From Octopus vulgaris (Eukaryota): a DNA stretch of 64,000 bases. A program made the position numbers and the translations under genes. Positions 59,535 to 64,000 of this stretch are shown here, piece after piece (within the stretch, counting starts at the first letter, position 1; each line of letters starts with the position of its first letter). The notes under the pieces were generated by a model. The model was not told where the DNA came from. It ran no database searches and saw nothing but the letters and a program-made list of their open reading frames with translations. The stretch spans positions 7,750,001 through 7,814,000 of the forward strand of contig OX597824.1 of the NCBI GenBank assembly GCA_951406725.2. Direction: 5' to 3'.

Positions 59535-60392
59535 GATTACACTATCTATAAACCTGCGCGCACACACACAGACACACACACACACACACACACACGCGCG
59601 CGCGCACACGTGTGTTAGGGTTGAGTGAAAATTAACAGAATCTGGAAACTGAAAATGCTTGAGGCCCAAAATCTTGCTAAGTATTATTACTAGAAAAATG
59701 CTAAATTTTCGCTTAGGTTAAGGACATTTACTACCTCAAATCCACCAAAACTCTGCTATTGTAAAAAAAATTACAAAAATTCCCCATTTTCGGAGTTTAT
59801 GGAGCTTGAGGGTGTAAATGCTCTCTCTCTCTCTCTCACTCTCTCACTCTCTATGTGTATATATATATATATACCAATGCCTTGTGAGTAGATTTGGTAG
59901 ACGGAAACTGAAAGAAGCCTGTCGTATATATGTATATATATTTATAAGTGTGTGTTTGTGTGTATGTCCCCCTAGCATTGCTTGACAACCGATGCTGGTG
60001 TGTTTACGTCCCCGTCACTTAGCGATTCGGCAAAAGAGACCGATAGAATAAGTACTGGGCTTACAAAGAATAAGTCCCGGGGTCGATTTGCTCGACTAAA
60101 GGCTGTGCTCCAGCATGGCTGCAGTCAAATGACTGAAACAAGTAAAAAAAAAATATATATATATATATATAGCGTTCAGCTCCATTTCTTCAATTCACCA
60201 ATAATGTTCTAATTTCAATTATCCGCACCAACGCACGGTTGCAACACCATATGGTTGTACCTCCAACCGTGCTGTTTTACTGCTGTGATTTTTGCTACTA
60301 AGGTATCGGTTAAACTTTTGATTAATCTACTACAAGATTATTCATCTTTCTATTTCACATTATATATATATATATATATATACATATATAAT

Positions 60393-61012
60393 TTTACAAA
60401 TGAGGGTGAAAAATTTGATATTAATTTAATAATACCATCAATTTAACACCAAGTGGCTTAGCACATAAAAACCAGGGATACAATACAAATTTATACATAA
60501 ATATGAGAGAGTAACTACTATGTGGTCTACTCTAGTGCTAAAAATAGATCCGCTATGCTATAGCCACTAAAAATTGTTTCCAAGGAGAAATAACACAACA
60601 GTTAACGTAGGGCAAGTGAAAAATAACGAAAAAATAGATTAACTCTGGACAATTGTTTCCTTATTAATGTAATATGCAATTTTACTTACATAACACCTAT
60701 AAATCATCAGCAGAAGTTTGTCTAAAATACAATTTATTAAATCGCACGTAAAATATTTTGACGCAGCGTCAAACACACGTGCGGTTCAATCGATTGTATT
60801 AGCAGCTATGATTCAAATTCCCCCGCCAAAAGTGTCATAAGACTTCTGGAAACGAATACCGCATAAAATATTTACTGCAGTATAATTAAATTTACAAATG
60901 AGGGTGAAAAATTTGATATTAATTTAATAATAGCATCAATTTAACACCAACTTTTAGTGGCTATACCATAGCGGATCTATTTTTAGCACTTGAGTCGACC
61001 ACATAGTGGTTA

Positions 61013-61022
<10 letters not shown>
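60393..61022 (-). mobile_element. ~500-bp direct-repeat-bounded hammerhead unit with inverted tail
   Basis: ~59-bp direct repeat at 60393 and 60891; 60952-61022 is the inverse of ~60501-60572. Confidence 0.7.
60643..60716 (-). ncRNA. Minimal type-I hammerhead ribozyme, intact core
   Basis: Minus strand: TCTG-CTGATGA-TTTAT...ATGTAA...TTACAT...ATAAG-GAAA-CAATTG-TC-CAGA. Confidence 0.75.
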
Positions 61023-61071
<49 letters not shown>

Positions 61072-61217
61072 ATGTGTATATGTGTCTATAGGTATATTGA
61101 TACGTACTTACATACACACCCAAACACGCTCATGCACGCGCGCGCACACTCACAGAGACAGAGAGAGAGTTCAGAGTTCATGCATACATACATACATACA
61201 TACATACATACATACAT

Positions 61218-61257
<40 letters not shown>

Positions 61258-61862
61258 GCTCAAAATAAACAACAATGATATCTAGAGGTAATGCAATACG
61301 TCTCATGAGACTCCATTTAATTGAACAATGCAAAAATTACATCAGATTAAATTTGAAGGACACATTAGTTTAATTTTATCCAAAATCACCAAGAGGATTA
61401 GGAGATAAACTAAGAATATGTTTTATCAACAACATCACAATTGCAACTGAGATTTTTTTCAAAAAGGACACTGCTACAGGGGTGGGGTCAGTTTTAATTT
61501 TATAAACTAGTTTATCAAATCTGAGAGAAGACAGAGTGTAGTATAGGTTTGAGGTAGGGTAGAGTAGATAGACAATCTAAATGGCAATTTTGCGTAGGCC
61601 TCTAAGCAGGTATCGCCATGACAACTTTCTCTGTCATGGTCAATCCGACGGTCACACTCTACACACGTTCCTTCCAAGCGCTGCTGTAAACAGCGGAAGT
61701 GCGCTAGAACTTTACAACTTAGTGCGCATGCACAGCAGGGTTCAAGGACAACCTGTGCCAAACGACTTTACTCTGCGTGTTTTATCTTCGTTACTATAGC
61801 AACAGTCCGGATACTTATTGATCTCATATATATATATACAGTATATTTATATGCACACGTAC

Positions 61863-61931
<69 letters not shown>

Positions 61932-61974
61932 GTTAGCCATTACACACATTTTTTCTCTCCTTGTTTTGTCTTTG

Positions 61975-62015
61975 TCCCTTTCTGTAGAAGAGCGTAGGCT
62001 CGAAACGTAAAAGAC
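61975..62015 (+). ncRNA. Hammerhead-like motif (A6U variant)
   Basis: CTTT-CTGTAGA-aGAGC-gtag-GCTC-GAAA-CG-TA-AAAG. Confidence 0.5.
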
Positions 62016-62096
62016 TTTTTCTATTCCTGAGCGTTATACTAATACATCTGTTTGTTTTGTACACCACATGCCTTCGTCTTTTGTTGTTTTTTTTCG

Positions 62097-62170
<74 letters not shown>

Positions 62171-62266
62171 CATGCACGAATGTATTTTGGTAGATATGTG
62201 TGCGTGTGTGTTACTTTCGAAATATTGTGTTTTGTCAAAATTTCTTCCTTTTTTTTTCTTATTTAG

Positions 62267-62472
62267 GATTTATCCCAGAGGCAAAATGTGCTACATTGAA
62301 TATGTCCCAATTACAAGAATATGGTTATCGCAGCAACGAAACACATGAAATTGTCTACGAAGCATGCCAGATAAATATAAACAGTTTGGACGGCAGCGGC
62401 AAGAACAAGAGTCTGGAATGCATCAATGGTTATAACTATGGCGACGAGAAATATAGCTCTGTTGTATCGGAG
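62267..62472 (+). CDS. SLC22 paralog B exon 2 (gene continues beyond window)
   Basis: atttag|GA; GFIPEAKCATLNMSQLQEYGY...ECINGYNY...SVVSE; donor GAG|gtaaat; collinear with gene A exon 2. Confidence 0.92.
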
Positions 62473-62504
62473 GTAAATACATACATATAGATATACATAC
62501 ATGC

Positions 62505-62537
<33 letters not shown>

Positions 62538-62539
62538 TA

Positions 62540-62575
<36 letters not shown>

Positions 62576-62577
62576 TA

Positions 62578-62890
62578 AGCACCGCCTTTAGTCGAGCAAA
62601 TCGACCCGGGACTTATTCTTTGTAAGCCCAGTACTTATTTTATCGGTCTTTTTAGAACCGTTAAGTACGCGTAAAAAATCGGTTGTCAAGCAATGCTAGG
62701 AGGAGAAACACAGACACACAAACACACAATTATATATATACATATATACGACAGGCTTCTTTCAGTTTCCGTCTACCAAATCCACTCACAAGGCATTGGT
62801 CGGCCCGGGGCTATAGCATAATACACTTGCCCAAGATGCCACGCAGTGGGACTGAACTCGGAAGCTACTTACCGCACAGCCACTCCTGCG

Positions 62891-62893
<3 letters not shown>
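62578..62893 (-). mobile_element. SINE family A (partial)
   Basis: Homologous to other family A copies. Confidence 0.75.
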
Positions 62894-62978
<85 letters not shown>

Positions 62979-63089
62979 GTATGTATGTATGTATGTATGT
63001 ATGTATATATATACATATTCAAGGCTGTGCTCCAACATGGCCGCAGTCAAATGACTAAAACAAGTTGTAAAAGAGTAAAAGAATATATG

Positions 63090-63550
63090 TACAGGGTGCG
63101 GTGAATAAACTGTCGTCTAAATTACGCAAATATATAACATATATTTACCAAAATAACGTAAAAATATCTTGAAATACTAAAAGAGTAAATTTATTCAATA
63201 AAATCGTCATTGGCTTCAACCACGGCCTCCAAACGACTTCGGAATCTCCTGCAGCTCTTCTAGGCGGTCTCCTTGTTTATGTTGGTGAATGCTGCCATAA
63301 TCCTTTGGTGTTACGAGGAGTTTTATTGGTCTCTCGCTCAACTGCGCTCCACACATAATAATCAAGGGGATTGCAGTCTGGGGAGTTAGCTTGCCAGATG
63401 TTGGGGGTGATGTGATCACAGAAATTGCCTGACAGTCAGGACTAGGTTCTCCTGCTTGTGTGGTATGGTGCAGGGTCCTGTTGCCAAACATAGGGTCTTC
63501 CAGCAGCCACCCTCCTCATCCAGGGCAGCACAACCGCCTCCAAGCATTTA
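63090..63550 (-). mobile_element. Tc1/mariner transposase C-terminal fragment with TIR
   Basis: TA|CAGGGTG end; YVWQQDPAPYHTS, NSPDCNPLDYYVC, RFRSRLEAVVEANDDFIE*. Confidence 0.8.
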
Positions 63551-64000
63551 AAATCAGAAGCCATGAGAGTCACAGCCTGGTACTGCATCAAGGCATTTAT
63601 CATTATTATTATTATTATTATCATTATTATTATTATTATTATTATTATTGAGTGAGAGAGCAGTTCATGCCATCAAAGTGACACTGGGGTAAAATATACG
63701 AAGCCCAATATACCCATCATGACTACCCGTCTGATAAGGGTACACCAGGCAAATGCCTCACAACCATATGTGCGCGACATGGTGATCTTATATCAAGATA
63801 AACAGCACATGACCTTGCAGGTGGGGCCCAGTTAAAATTTTCTTCTGGTTGAGTAGCCCATCCTGCTCAAAAGGTCCCTGAATAAGGGTTGTTTAAGGAT
63901 GTTGAAAGAACCACCCATGTTTCCAGAGGTGAATTATTCAAACCCCAAAGAATCCCTCTCAACACATGGCTATGATGCTCCCCCACTACTTCTGCTCGTG

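Overview
AT-rich, microsatellite-dense animal genomic DNA. The SINE repertoire and TTAGGG tracts suggest a coleoid cephalopod such as Octopus (inference). The window holds one complete 10-coding-exon SLC22-family (MFS organic ion transporter) gene on the + strand (ATG 14965, stop 48075, 1698-nt CDS, 565 aa, one GC-AG intron). A tandem paralog follows, of which two coding exons lie in the window (56129..56255 and 62267..62472). The rest is transposon debris: three tRNA-headed SINE families, RLE-type (R2/NeSL-like, R4/Dong-like) and RTE LINE fragments, two Penelope-like RT/GIY-YIG remnants, Tc1/mariner, hAT, piggyBac, Merlin-like, Chapaev-like and Helitron-type elements, and an LTR end with a tRNA-Trp primer-binding site. 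The most notable hidden signal is seven minimal type-I hammerhead ribozyme motifs. Three of them sit inside ~430-500-bp non-coding units bounded by direct repeats next to (TA)n tracts, which are candidate retrozymes or non-autonomous Penelope units. Most ORFs in the supplied track are microsatellite artefacts.
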